A stretch of 44,808 nt of DNA from Mycobacterium sp. (GTDB lineage: Bacteria; Actinomycetota; Actinomycetes; Mycobacteriales; Mycobacteriaceae), in contig JAOPWT010000392.1 of NCBI GenBank assembly GCA_025965555.1, positions 1 to 44,808 on the forward strand, written 5' to 3'. This document shows, piece after piece, positions 36,242 to 44,808 of this stretch (the first letter of the stretch is position 1; the number at the start of each line of letters is the position of its first letter). The notes beneath the pieces were generated by a model. That model made no database searches. It was not told the DNA's origin and saw nothing but the letters and a program-made list of their open reading frames with translations. Made by a program: the position numbers and the translations under genes.

Positions 36242-37324
36242 CTAGTCGCCGCCGCGGAATCGACGGGTGGTCAAGCCGTTGAGCAGAGCGGCCAGGATGA
36301 GGACCACGCCGAGGGCGAGCAGTTGGAACTGCGTGCCGGTGTTGCCTTCGAAGTACAGGATGATGCCGGCATTGAGCCACACGATGAGGAGCGTCGCGAG
36401 CAGGACACCCGCCAGGCGTCCGATGCCGCCGGTGATCGCGACTCCGCCGAGCACGGCGATGGTGATCGCCGGCAGTGCCAGTCCGTTGCCCGCGGTGCCG
36501 GAATCCGGACGGGCCGAAGCGAACTCCGCGGTGATGTAGACCGCCACCAGACCGGACAGCACCCCGGCCATCACGTAGGCGCGCATCCTGGTACCCGGAA
36601 CGTCGACGCCTGCCCATCGCGCCGCGACGTCGTTGGTCCCGACGGCATAGAGCCGCCGCCCGAAGGTGCCGCGACCCAGCGCGAGCCACAGCACCACCAG
36701 AACGGGAACGAGGAAGGTGAAGACCCCCAACGGCACGTCGGGGATGTAGTCACCGATGATCGGAACGCGGACCGAACCGGTGAGCGTGTACAGGTCTTGA
36801 ATCTGCGCGCTGTTGATGGGCTTCTGGTCGTTGATCACCAGCGCGATGGACTTGTAGGCGTAATAGGTGGCCAACGTCGCGATGAGCGCGGGAAAGCCGA
36901 TGCGGGCGACCAGGAATCCGTTGATCGCCCCCAACACCGCTCCGGTGACCACGGCCAACAGCACGGCTGCCAGCAGTGGCCAGCCCCACTTGCCGTAGGC
37001 GAAGCCGAAGATCATCCCCACCAGCGACACCATGGCACCCACCGAGAGGTCGATTCCACCGCGACCCGACACGATGACGATGAGCTCGGCGAACCCCAAC
37101 ATGGCCAGCGGGACCGCGTCGATGAGGGTGGACGACATGTAGTCGAAGTCGTAGTCACCGGAGAGATAGCCGTTGGCGCTCATGTACATCAACCACGCGA
37201 CGACGACCACGATCAACACGCCGAGCAGCACGATCCGCTGGGTCAGAACGGCTTCCCAGATTCGACTCGACCGCCGGGGCGCTGCCGGCTTCTCCGCCGC
37301 GGGTGCGGGAGTGTCGACGCTCAC
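36242..37324 (-). CDS. Sugar ABC transporter permease (RbsC/LsrD-like)
   Basis: Start re-called at GTG 37324 (GTGA overlap). Motifs GGIDLSVG, FGRRLYAVGTNDVAARWAG, ITIAVLGGVAITGG. Confidence 0.88.
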   Translation of the reverse strand: MSVDTPAPAAEKPAAPRRSSRIWEAVLTQRIVLLGVLIVVVVAWLMYMSANGYLSGDYDFDYMSSTLIDAVPLAMLGFAELIVIVSGRGGIDLSVGAMVSLVGMIFGFAYGKWGWPLLAAVLLAVVTGAVLGAINGFLVARIGFPALIATLATYYAYKSIALVINDQKPINSAQIQDLYTLTGSVRVPIIGDYIPDVPLGVFTFLVPVLVVLWLALGRGTFGRRLYAVGTNDVAARWAGVDVPGTRMRAYVMAGVLSGLVAVYITAEFASARPDSGTAGNGLALPAITIAVLGGVAITGGIGRLAGVLLATLLIVWLNAGIILYFEGNTGTQFQLLALGVVLILAALLNGLTTRRFRGGD

Positions 37325-38343
37325 GGCTCTCTCCTGGTACGTCGGCGGACGAGATCTGTTCCCACGGCGACGACGATGAAGATGCCGACGAAGAGATCGG
37401 ACAGCTGGGACGGCCAACCCAGTTGCGTGACGCCCGATTTCACGGTTTGGACGAGGAGCGCGCCGAGGATCGTGCCGAGCACCGAACCGCGTCCACCCAT
37501 GATGGACGTGCCGCCGATGACCACCGCGGCGATCACGGCGAGTTCCTGGCCGGAACCGACCGACTGGTCGAGGCTTGACGTGCCCTTCGCCAGGGTGAAG
37601 ATCGAGGCAAGTCCGACGAGCAGCCCGGTGATGACGTAGGCGATCAGGATGCGGCGCTGCACTCTGATTCCGGCCAGTCGCGCGGCGACCGGATCGCCAC
37701 CCACACCGAAGAAGTGACGACCGCCGGGAGTGTGCCGCAGATACCACCACGCGATGGCGGCGAGGACGACGGTGATCGCGAAACTGTGTGGCACGTCGAA
37801 CGTTCGGCCATCGACTCCGCGGCCGAACCAGGACAGCGTGTTGGGCATTCCGCTGATCGGTTGCGAGGCGAAGATTTGAAGACCCACGAAGAGAAAGAGA
37901 TTCGCGGTGCCGAAGGTGATGATGATGGCGTGCACGCGCCCGTATGCGATGAGGGCACCGTTGACCAGGCCAAGGACCGCGCCGGTCGCGATCGCCACGA
38001 CCAGACACCACCACACGGGCAGGTGCTGGTCACGCATCAGCTTGGCGGTGACGACCGAGCAGACCATGATCGCGCCGCCGACGGACACGTCGATTCCGCC
38101 GGTGATGATCACGAACGTCATGCCGATGCCGATCAACGCCACCGGCGAAACCTCGACGAGCAGCGGAATGATCGAGCCCGCACTGAGGAAGGCAGGCGTG
38201 GCCATGGCCAACCCGATCCAGAGCACGACCAGTACGGCAACGAGGGCGAACTCGGCGGGCGTCACCGGCGAGGGCAGCACCCGCCCGCGAGTGCCGACGG
38301 CCGCCGCGCTGGGAGCCGCATTGGGATCGACCGCTGTACTCAT
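37321..38343 (-). CDS. Sugar ABC transporter permease (RbsC/LsrC-like)
   Basis: Start re-called at ATG 38343. Motifs GGIDVSVG, GRHFFGVGGDPVAARLAGI, ELAVIAAVVIGGTSIMGGRG. Confidence 0.88.
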   Translation of the reverse strand: MSTAVDPNAAPSAAAVGTRGRVLPSPVTPAEFALVAVLVVLWIGLAMATPAFLSAGSIIPLLVEVSPVALIGIGMTFVIITGGIDVSVGGAIMVCSVVTAKLMRDQHLPVWWCLVVAIATGAVLGLVNGALIAYGRVHAIIITFGTANLFLFVGLQIFASQPISGMPNTLSWFGRGVDGRTFDVPHSFAITVVLAAIAWWYLRHTPGGRHFFGVGGDPVAARLAGIRVQRRILIAYVITGLLVGLASIFTLAKGTSSLDQSVGSGQELAVIAAVVIGGTSIMGGRGSVLGTILGALLVQTVKSGVTQLGWPSQLSDLFVGIFIVVAVGTDLVRRRTRREP

Positions 38344-38388
38344 GCGCGATCCCGCTTCGCTTCTCGCTGGACACTCATGCGCGATCCC
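38338..38388 (-). repeat. MIRU-like intercistronic unit: 16-bp direct repeat framing a 12-codon mini-ORF (38340-38378)
   Basis: ACTCATGCGCGATCCC occurs at 38338-38353 and 38373-38388. The minus strand reads ATG AGT GTC CAG CGA GAA GCG AAG CGG GAT CGC GCA TGA with ATGA overlaps at both ends. Confidence 0.8.
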
Positions 38389-39871
38389 CAGCCGCCGCAG
38401 CCAGGACGTCGACCTGTTTGGCGTCGGGGCCGAACTCCGCGACGATGGCGCCCGTGCGCACGACCAGTAGTCGGTCGGTGATCCGCAGTGCCTCTTGAAG
38501 GTCGGAGGTGGCGATGAGAACGGCCGTGCCATTGTCGGCGAGATCGCTGATGATGCGGTGGATCTCCTCCTTGGCTCCGATGTCCACGCCCTGGGTGGGC
38601 TCGGCCAGGAGCAGTAGCTTGGGCCGCTCGACGAGTTGCCTGGCGAGCATCACCTTCTGCGCGTTGCCGCCGGAAAGGTCACCGACGGCCTGGTTTTCAT
38701 CCGACGCCCGCACGGCCAGCCGCTTCATCAAGTCCTTGACCACGGTGCGTTCCCGGCGCCGGTCTACGAACGCCTTGCCCAACGAGAGCAGTTGGAGGTG
38801 GCCGATCGACACGTTGAAGGCGATCGACTGAAAGGAGAACATCCCCTCGGTCTTCCGATTGGCTGGCAGCAGCGCGATTCCGGCCTGCGCAGCCTCTCTC
38901 GGCGTGCGTGGCGCGACGGCGCGCCCTTCGACGACGATCTCGCCCGCGCTTGTCTTGGCCAGCCCGTGGATGCATTCGGCGATCTCGGCGACGCCGGAAC
39001 CAACCAGCCCGTAGAGACCGAGGATCTCTCCGGACCGCAATTGCAGGCTCACGTCGTGGAACGAGCCCGCCCTGGCAAGCGACTTCAGTTCCAGGACGGG
39101 TTGGCCCTTCGGAGACGTGCGCGGGCCCGACTGCAATGAAAGTGCCTCTCCCACCATGAGTTCGGCCATCCGCCGGACCGTCATGTCTTGAATCGGATAG
39201 GTACCGATCGTGCTGCCGTCGCGCATGACGGTGACCTGGTCGGCGATCTTGACGACTTCGTCGAGTCGGTGGGAGATGTAGATGATCGCGACGCCATCAT
39301 CGGCCAGCCGGCGAATGATGCCGAACAGCACCTCGATCTCGGCGTCGGTGAGGATGGCCGAGGGCTCGTCCAGGATCAGAATCCCGCACTTGCCCGCCAG
39401 CGCCTTGGCGATCGACACCTGCTGCTGGGTGGCCACCGACAGGCCCCCGACGGTGGCGGTCGCCAGCTTGGCGGGCAGGTCGAGGGCCTCGAGGAGGCCC
39501 ACGACCCGTTCGTTCTGCGCAGCCCAGTCGACCCGTCCCCGCTTGACCATCTCGCGGCCCATGAAGACGTTCTCCGCGACGGTGAGCTCACTGAACAGCT
39601 GCGGTTCCTGGTACACCGTCGCGATGCCGAGTGCGATCGCGTCGACGGTGGACGTGATCGACACCGGCGCACCGTCGTAGCTGACGGTGCCGGCATCGGG
39701 CGCGGTCGCGCCGGAGATGATCTTGATCAGCGTGGACTTCCCTGCGCCGTTCTCGCCAACCAGGGCATGGACCTGCCCTGGTTGAATCTCGAAATCGGCG
39801 TGTCTGATTGCCTTGACCGCCCCGTAGTTCTTGACGACCCCCGTGAGGGTCAGTCGGGGCTCCTGCGGCAT
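38375..39871 (-). CDS. Sugar ABC transporter ATP-binding protein (RbsA/MglA-type, two NBDs)
   Basis: Motifs GENGAGKST, LILDEP, YISHRLDE, LSGGNAQK, EPTQGVDIGAK. Confidence 0.93.
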   Translation of the reverse strand: MPQEPRLTLTGVVKNYGAVKAIRHADFEIQPGQVHALVGENGAGKSTLIKIISGATAPDAGTVSYDGAPVSITSTVDAIALGIATVYQEPQLFSELTVAENVFMGREMVKRGRVDWAAQNERVVGLLEALDLPAKLATATVGGLSVATQQQVSIAKALAGKCGILILDEPSAILTDAEIEVLFGIIRRLADDGVAIIYISHRLDEVVKIADQVTVMRDGSTIGTYPIQDMTVRRMAELMVGEALSLQSGPRTSPKGQPVLELKSLARAGSFHDVSLQLRSGEILGLYGLVGSGVAEIAECIHGLAKTSAGEIVVEGRAVAPRTPREAAQAGIALLPANRKTEGMFSFQSIAFNVSIGHLQLLSLGKAFVDRRRERTVVKDLMKRLAVRASDENQAVGDLSGGNAQKVMLARQLVERPKLLLLAEPTQGVDIGAKEEIHRIISDLADNGTAVLIATSDLQEALRITDRLLVVRTGAIVAEFGPDAKQVDVLAAAAGDRA

Positions 39872-39900
39872 GAAGACTCCAATGGGCGAGGATCGCCCGG

Positions 39901-40959
39901 TCAGTAGTTGAACTGGCCGACGTTCTCGGTGGTGATGAGCAACGGATCACCGAGCACCAGGGTCTTGCTGGGCTCGTCCCACTTCACGGCGGACATCTCG
40001 TCGTTGACCTTGTTGGTCGGCGCGAACGTCTTGCCGCTTGCGAGCTGCTCACCGGCCCACGCCGTCAGGTAGCCCAGGTTCGCCACGTTCCACAGGATCG
40101 ATCCCGATGAGGATCCGTCGGCCAAATACGGCGCCATCGACTTCGGCGTGCCGATCCCGACGGTGTAGACCTGGCCGATCTTGCCCGCGTCCTTGACCGC
40201 CTGAGCGACGCCGACGGCAGAGGTGGTGCACTGCCCCAACAGTCCCTTCAGGTCGGGGTGCGCGCTCATCAGATCGGTGGCCATCTGTGTTCCCTTGGCC
40301 TGATCCTCGCCCGAGTACACGACGTCGACGAGTTCGGCTTCGGGGTACTTGGACGACACGTAGGCCTTCTCCGCGGCGATCCAGGAGTTCAGGTTCTCGG
40401 CTGTCTCGCCGCAGGACACGATGGCCCACTTGCCCTTTCCGCCCATCGCCTTCATGAGCGTCTCGGCGGTGGTGTTTCCGATGCCTTCGGCGGTGGCCTG
40501 GTTGATGAAGGCTTCACGCACCGAGTTGGGTGCATCGGTGTCGGCGGTGAGGACCTTGATGCCCGCGTCCTGGGCCTGCTTCATCAGCGGTGCCATCGAG
40601 TCGGGATCGTTGGGCGCGACCACGAGCACGTCGACCTTCTGCTGAATGAAGGAGCGAACGATCTGAGCCTGGGCGGCAGCGTCGGCGGACGTGGGTCCCT
40701 GATAGAGCCACTCGACGTCGCCGAGATCGGCGGCCGCCTGCTTGGCGCCGGTGTCCATCGCCTCGAAGTAGGGCGATCCCTGCAGTTTCGGCACGAAGGC
40801 GACCTTGACCTTGCCCCCTGCCTCAGCCGACGAACTCGCGCCACCCGAAGTCGACGGTGCAGTCTCGTTCTTCTTGGTGCAGCCGCCGGTGACCATCGCA
40901 ATGGCCAACGCCACGCTGATCGCTCCGACGAAACGCTGGGAAATCGCCATCGACTTCAT
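39901..40959 (-). CDS. Sugar/polyol ABC solute-binding lipoprotein (LsrB/RhaS-like)
   Basis: Start re-called at ATG 40959. Lipobox VTGGC; motifs VAFVPKLQGSPYF, VAPND, TADTDA, ILWNVANLGY. Confidence 0.88.
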   Translation of the reverse strand: MKSMAISQRFVGAISVALAIAMVTGGCTKKNETAPSTSGGASSSAEAGGKVKVAFVPKLQGSPYFEAMDTGAKQAAADLGDVEWLYQGPTSADAAAQAQIVRSFIQQKVDVLVVAPNDPDSMAPLMKQAQDAGIKVLTADTDAPNSVREAFINQATAEGIGNTTAETLMKAMGGKGKWAIVSCGETAENLNSWIAAEKAYVSSKYPEAELVDVVYSGEDQAKGTQMATDLMSAHPDLKGLLGQCTTSAVGVAQAVKDAGKIGQVYTVGIGTPKSMAPYLADGSSSGSILWNVANLGYLTAWAGEQLASGKTFAPTNKVNDEMSAVKWDEPSKTLVLGDPLLITTENVGQFNY

Positions 40960-41059
40960 CCTTCGGCCTGGGCGGGAATCACGCGTCCACGCCCCGTCGA
41001 CGTGGACTACGTTCACCTTGCCCGAGACCTGCCCGGGCAGGCGAACACCCGACACGTCC

Positions 41060-41075
41060 GTTTCATATATCGAAC
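41060..41075. promoter_or_regulatory. Candidate operator palindrome in the ABC operon leader
   Basis: GTTTCATATATCGAAC matches its reverse complement at 12 of 16 positions. It lies downstream of the predicted promoter, and two IclR-HTH genes are divergent from it. Confidence 0.4.
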
Positions 41076-41097
41076 TCAGCGTCGAGTGATGAAACAC

Positions 41098-41127
41098 ACA
41101 CTAAGCACCTCGCTGTGAGCTTGTCAA
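41098..41127 (-). promoter_or_regulatory. SigA-type promoter of the ABC operon
   Basis: The minus strand reads TTGACA-N18-TAGTGT. Confidence 0.6.
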
Positions 41128-41244
41128 CAACGTGGATCGACTTCTGCCGCACCATGTTTGCTCGCCCGCATATTTCAGGTTTCGACCTGGACGCCGAAAA
41201 GTGAAACGACGATCGGGTGTTGCACACGGACTAAGGTGAGTCGG

Positions 41245-42363
41245 ATGGCGGACCGTGGGGTCGGGGAGCATCACTCCCCCGCGCGCCGCGGACGCGTCCC
41301 CGCCCTGACGCGTGCGGCCGTCGTCCTACAGGAGATCAGCGACGCAGGCAGGCCGATGACCCTTGCCGAGCTAACCGAGCTGACGGGATTTCCCAAGAGC
41401 AGCGTGATGGGCATCTGCCACGCCCTCACACACGAAAGTCTGCTGGCACGCGGCGTCGACGGTACGTACGTCCTCGGCTCACGCGTCTTCGAACTGGCAT
41501 CGGCGGCGCGGGCGCAAAGCTGGCCGATCTACGACATCGGCTTCAGTTATCCGATCGACGAGAGTTTCTTCCTCGCCGAAATCGACGCGCTGCGCGCAGA
41601 GGCCGACCGCCTCGGTGCGCGGCTGCACGTCCACACGGCTAGGGAGAACAGGAAGGATCAATCCCGACAGATCCTTGAATTCGTCAGCGGCGGTGTGGAT
41701 CTGATCCTGATCGAACCGGTGGCGACAGAGGGACTCGAGAAGGCCTGCGCAGCGGCGCGCGCCGCGCGGATCCCGGTCGTCGCGCTGGGTTCGGCGGTGA
41801 GCGGTGCCGACGCCGTCGTCGCGACGGACAACACGAAGGCAGGCTTCCTGGCCGGGTCCGCGTTGGCGAGCTCGCTCGGAGGACGAGGCCGTGTCGCCGT
41901 CGTCGGCGGCATAGCGATCACCGCCAATTCCGATCGGGTCGCCGGCTTCCACGCCGCAATAGCGCCCCATCCTCAAGTGGACGTTGTCGCCACCAGCTAC
42001 GGTGAACTCGACGCCCAGTCAGGGCAACGCGCTGCCAAGGAGATCCTCGCGGCCGACGCCGGGATCGACGGCTTCTTCGCGGCCAACGACCAGATCGCCA
42101 TTGGCATTTCGCGCGTCCTGCGGGCGCGCAAACTCTCCGTGCCGATCGTCGGAGTCGACGGAGCCAGGGGCGCCGTCGAGCAGATCCGAGCGGACGGACC
42201 GATCATCGCCACTGCCACTCAGGACCCGTCGGCGCTGGTGCGAGCGGCGATGGACATCGGCATCGCCCTGCACAGCGGTGCACACGTCGCTCGGCCGTCG
42301 CGCTACCTCACCCCTTGCTTGATCGATGCGCACAACGCCGCGGAGTACCGACCATGGGGATGA
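41245..42363 (+). CDS. Chimeric regulator: IclR-type HTH fused to an RbsB/LacI-type sugar-binding domain
   Basis: Start re-called at ATG 41245. HTH: VPALTRAAVVLQEI...MTLAELTELTGFPKSSVMGICHAL...YVLGSRVFELA. Binding domain: GVDLILIEP, VVATDNTKAG, DRVAGF, FFAANDQIAIG, IVGVDG, TATQDP. Confidence 0.8.
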   Translation: MADRGVGEHHSPARRGRVPALTRAAVVLQEISDAGRPMTLAELTELTGFPKSSVMGICHALTHESLLARGVDGTYVLGSRVFELASAARAQSWPIYDIGFSYPIDESFFLAEIDALRAEADRLGARLHVHTARENRKDQSRQILEFVSGGVDLILIEPVATEGLEKACAAARAARIPVVALGSAVSGADAVVATDNTKAGFLAGSALASSLGGRGRVAVVGGIAITANSDRVAGFHAAIAPHPQVDVVATSYGELDAQSGQRAAKEILAADAGIDGFFAANDQIAIGISRVLRARKLSVPIVGVDGARGAVEQIRADGPIIATATQDPSALVRAAMDIGIALHSGAHVARPSRYLTPCLIDAHNAAEYRPWG

Positions 42364-43049
42364 CCGGGTCGCGCACCCCTGCGGTGAACCGCGGCGTCCG
42401 TGTCCTCGACGCCGTCTCCTCGGGCGCGGCGAGCACACCCGCGGCGCTGATCGGGATCCTCGGACTGCCCAAGAGCTCGATCGCCGATCTGCTCAGCACG
42501 ATGGAAGACGTGGGGTTCGTTGCGCGTGGAGCCGACGGTGGCCTGCACGCGGGAGCGCGCTGGTCTGATCTGTCCGATCCCGATGCGGTGGCGCACAACC
42601 TGTTTCGGGCCTGCGCGACGCCAGATCTGGACGGGCACACGATCTCTCTGGTTCGGCTCTTCGGCAACCAGGTCGTCTTCGTCGACGTCCACCTCGGCAG
42701 GCTGCCGCTTCCGCTGACGCCGCGACCGGGCCAACGCGCGGGCGCGGACACCTGCGCAGGAGCGGCCGCCATTCTCTCGTCGATGCCGCCCGACGAGGCG
42801 GCGGACGTCATCCGGTCGGCGGCCGCTCACCTCGGTCTGGCCGACGACGAGGTGCAGCGCTGCCTGCAGCTACGGCACGCGCGGCAACGGAAGGTCTACG
42901 AATCGTTGTCACCACACACGGGACGGCAACTCGCGTGCTCGGTGGCGGGCACCCGGTACGCACTCACCCTGCACGTGCCCGACCGTTGGCCCGAGCCCAC
43001 CACTCGCAAGGCCGCCCGCGCACTGCACGCCGCCGCGAACGACTACTGA
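42360..43049 (+). CDS. IclR-family HTH regulator with a shortened, divergent effector domain
   Basis: ATG 42360 overlaps the upstream stop (ATGA). TPAVNRGVRVLDAV...LGLPKSSIADLL; C-terminal TCAGAAAILS resembles the IclR TALGKAILA motif. Confidence 0.7.
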   Translation: MTGSRTPAVNRGVRVLDAVSSGAASTPAALIGILGLPKSSIADLLSTMEDVGFVARGADGGLHAGARWSDLSDPDAVAHNLFRACATPDLDGHTISLVRLFGNQVVFVDVHLGRLPLPLTPRPGQRAGADTCAGAAAILSSMPPDEAADVIRSAAAHLGLADDEVQRCLQLRHARQRKVYESLSPHTGRQLACSVAGTRYALTLHVPDRWPEPTTRKAARALHAAANDY

Positions 43050-43058
43050 CGTACCGAC

Positions 43059-44432
43059 CTAGGCGATCCTGACGTCCTGGCGGACCAGTTCCGCCTGGAC
43101 CGCGGAGATGTCCACGTCGTCAAGGGGCCGTCCCGCGCGGACGGACAGCGCGGCCGCCACGCCTGCACCCTGGCCGGTGACGGTGCAGCACGACATGTTT
43201 CGCGTCGCGGCGTGCGCGATGCGGTCGCCCCCGGTGGCCCGCCCCGCGACGATCAGGTGACGCACCGCCTTCGGCAGCAGCGACCGGTAGGGGATCTGCA
43301 GATAGCGGCCCGTCGTCGGCAGCACCAGCACGCCGTATCCGTCGATGAACTCGGGGTAGATGCCGATGCTGTCGTCGAACCGGCCCTGCCCGCGCACGTC
43401 GGCCTCGGTGAGGTTGTAGACGGCGTCGATCTTGCGGGTGTCACGGACGCCGATGGTCATTCCGAAGTTGCGCAGGCGGGCCGTCTCACAGCCCGGCGTG
43501 TAGCGGCGCAACGCCTCGATCGCCAGCATGGCCTGCTTGCGGCCCTCGATCTCGTAGCGGGTGAGGCTGTCGGGGTCGGTGCCGTCACAGCCGCCGAGGT
43601 GGACCAGGTTCATGTAGGTCAGTTCGCCGGTGTCGTGCATCGCGCCCCACGTGCCGCCGATGGTGTTGAGGTGGACGGGCAGCACTCCGTCAGCGATGGC
43701 CTTCTCGAACGGCTTGCCGAGGTACGGCGAGTAGAGGTCGGCGTCCTTCTCGTCCGTCTCGGCGGCGAACTCGCCCGCCGCCCAGTCGCGGTACGTCTGC
43801 GGATCGTCGGCCACTCCCTTGAGGAATGCCGCCTTGTCCACCCCGGCCAGGTGGAACATCACCGAGGCTGCCATCATCTGCTCGACGGGTGTCGCGTGAA
43901 CGGGTGCGCCCGCGCGCGTCACCACGTCGGCGTCGCCGGTCGCGTCGATCACCCGGTGGGCCAGGATCGCCTCGCGACCGGCCTTGGACTCGGTGATGAT
44001 GCCGACGATCGTGTCGCCGTCCATCACAGGGGCGACGAACTGGCGGTGCAGCATCGCGTGGATGCCGGCCTCCTCGACCAGTCGGTCGGCGACCACCTTG
44101 AAGCCCTCGGAATCGAGTTCGTAGGACAGTGACTGGCTTTCGGGCACCGCGGCGCCCATCTGCTTGGCGCGTTGCTCGAATTCCCATCCGATGCCGCCGG
44201 CCTCGACGGTCTGCTCACGGCGGTACCAAGCAAAGCCCTCGACGCCCACCGTGGTGATGTTGCCGCCGAAGCATCCGAACCGCTCGACCAGGGCGACCCG
44301 CACACCGGCCCGCGACGCCGCCAGAGCGGCGGCCAGTCCTCCCGGACCCGACCCGACGACCAGCACGTCCGTCTCGTGGATGACGTCGATCTCGCGACTC
44401 GGTTCGGTAACGGTGCGGGGGTACTTCGGCAT
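43059..44432 (-). CDS. FAD-dependent oxidoreductase
   Basis: Start re-called at ATG 44432. Motifs DVLVVGSGPGG, VERFGCFGG, IDATGDAD, GVRDTRKI, QIPYRSLLP, VAGR, TGQGAGVAAA. Confidence 0.88.
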   Translation of the reverse strand: MPKYPRTVTEPSREIDVIHETDVLVVGSGPGGLAAALAASRAGVRVALVERFGCFGGNITTVGVEGFAWYRREQTVEAGGIGWEFEQRAKQMGAAVPESQSLSYELDSEGFKVVADRLVEEAGIHAMLHRQFVAPVMDGDTIVGIITESKAGREAILAHRVIDATGDADVVTRAGAPVHATPVEQMMAASVMFHLAGVDKAAFLKGVADDPQTYRDWAAGEFAAETDEKDADLYSPYLGKPFEKAIADGVLPVHLNTIGGTWGAMHDTGELTYMNLVHLGGCDGTDPDSLTRYEIEGRKQAMLAIEALRRYTPGCETARLRNFGMTIGVRDTRKIDAVYNLTEADVRGQGRFDDSIGIYPEFIDGYGVLVLPTTGRYLQIPYRSLLPKAVRHLIVAGRATGGDRIAHAATRNMSCCTVTGQGAGVAAALSVRAGRPLDDVDISAVQAELVRQDVRIA

Positions 44433-44495
44433 GGTGCGCGATCGTAGCCCTTGCCGATGTCCAGAAGCCAAAGCCTGGTGACGCACAATCGAGCC

Positions 44496-44808
44496 ATGCA
44501 ACTGGCTGCGGCGAGAGGGGCCACTAGGCGATTCCTCGTCGACGCCGATCCCGGTCGGTTACGCCTGCGCAGCGCGGCGGGGACGACGCTGGCGCTCGTT
44601 CTGGCCATGGTCGCGCTGTTCGCGTTCACCCGCGTCGCAGGCCAGCCGATCACGGTGGCGATGCTGGGCACGATCGTCGCCATGCAATCGTCGGCGGCCG
44701 TCAAGGATCGGCTTCAGCACAGTCGCGTCGTCACCACCCTGCTCCTGTTCTTTCCGGCGGTCGGCGCGGTGTCACTGGCCGCGGTCCTGTCCCAGTTCGG
44801 CAAGGTCG
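44496..44808 (+). CDS. FUSC-family-like membrane protein, 5' part; runs off the window end
   Basis: Not in the ORF track. MQLAAARGATRRFLVDADPGRLRLRSAAGTTLALVLAMVALF...AMLGTIVAMQSSAAVKD is open to the edge. The DPG-x-LRLR start is typical of actinobacterial FUSC proteins. Confidence 0.65.
   Translation, partial: MQLAAARGATRRFLVDADPGRLRLRSAAGTTLALVLAMVALFAFTRVAGQPITVAMLGTIVAMQSSAAVKDRLQHSRVVTTLLLFFPAVGAVSLAAVLSQFGKV

Noticed and set aside
38590-38625. Second Walker B of the ABC ATPase reads LLLAEP instead of LLLDEP
   Set aside because: One degenerate nucleotide-binding domain is common in RbsA-type tandem ATPases; the first domain is intact.
1-44808. tRNA, rRNA, transposase, integrase or prophage genes
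   Set aside because: None recognised by eye. A tRNAscan/Infernal and IS search would be needed to exclude them formally.

Overview
High-GC actinobacterial DNA, most consistent with a rapidly growing mycobacterium (Mycolicibacterium-like) given the 13E12/DUF222 gene, PrrB/PknG/GlnX/LpqP-type proteins and PafBC/LexA motifs. The left third (about 0.5-15.6 kb, all minus strand) is a dense signalling island. It holds a seven-gene, largely translationally coupled PknG-paralog cluster (GlnX-like, GlnH-like, coiled-coil unknown, PknG-like kinase, Zn-ribbon PP2C, vWA, Zn-ribbon FHA), then a coupled three-gene unit (GAF-GAF hybrid histidine kinase, receiver-class III cyclase, PGM1-like ATP-grasp ligase), then an orphan PrrB-like kinase. 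The rest contains a GlcNAc PTS/nagAB cluster, a 5'-truncated IclR gene at a probable dha/PTS operon deletion scar, a tandem glycine riboswitch before sdaA, several hydrolases and oxidoreductases, and a polyol/sugar ABC operon with a MIRU-like mini-ORF and an IclR-HTH/sugar-binding chimeric regulator. The best candidates for an undescribed system are the kinase-cyclase-ATP-grasp unit and the expanded PknG/PP2C/vWA/FHA module. All family calls come from motif recognition by eye, with no database searches, and many start codons were re-called from the ORF track using stop/start overlaps.
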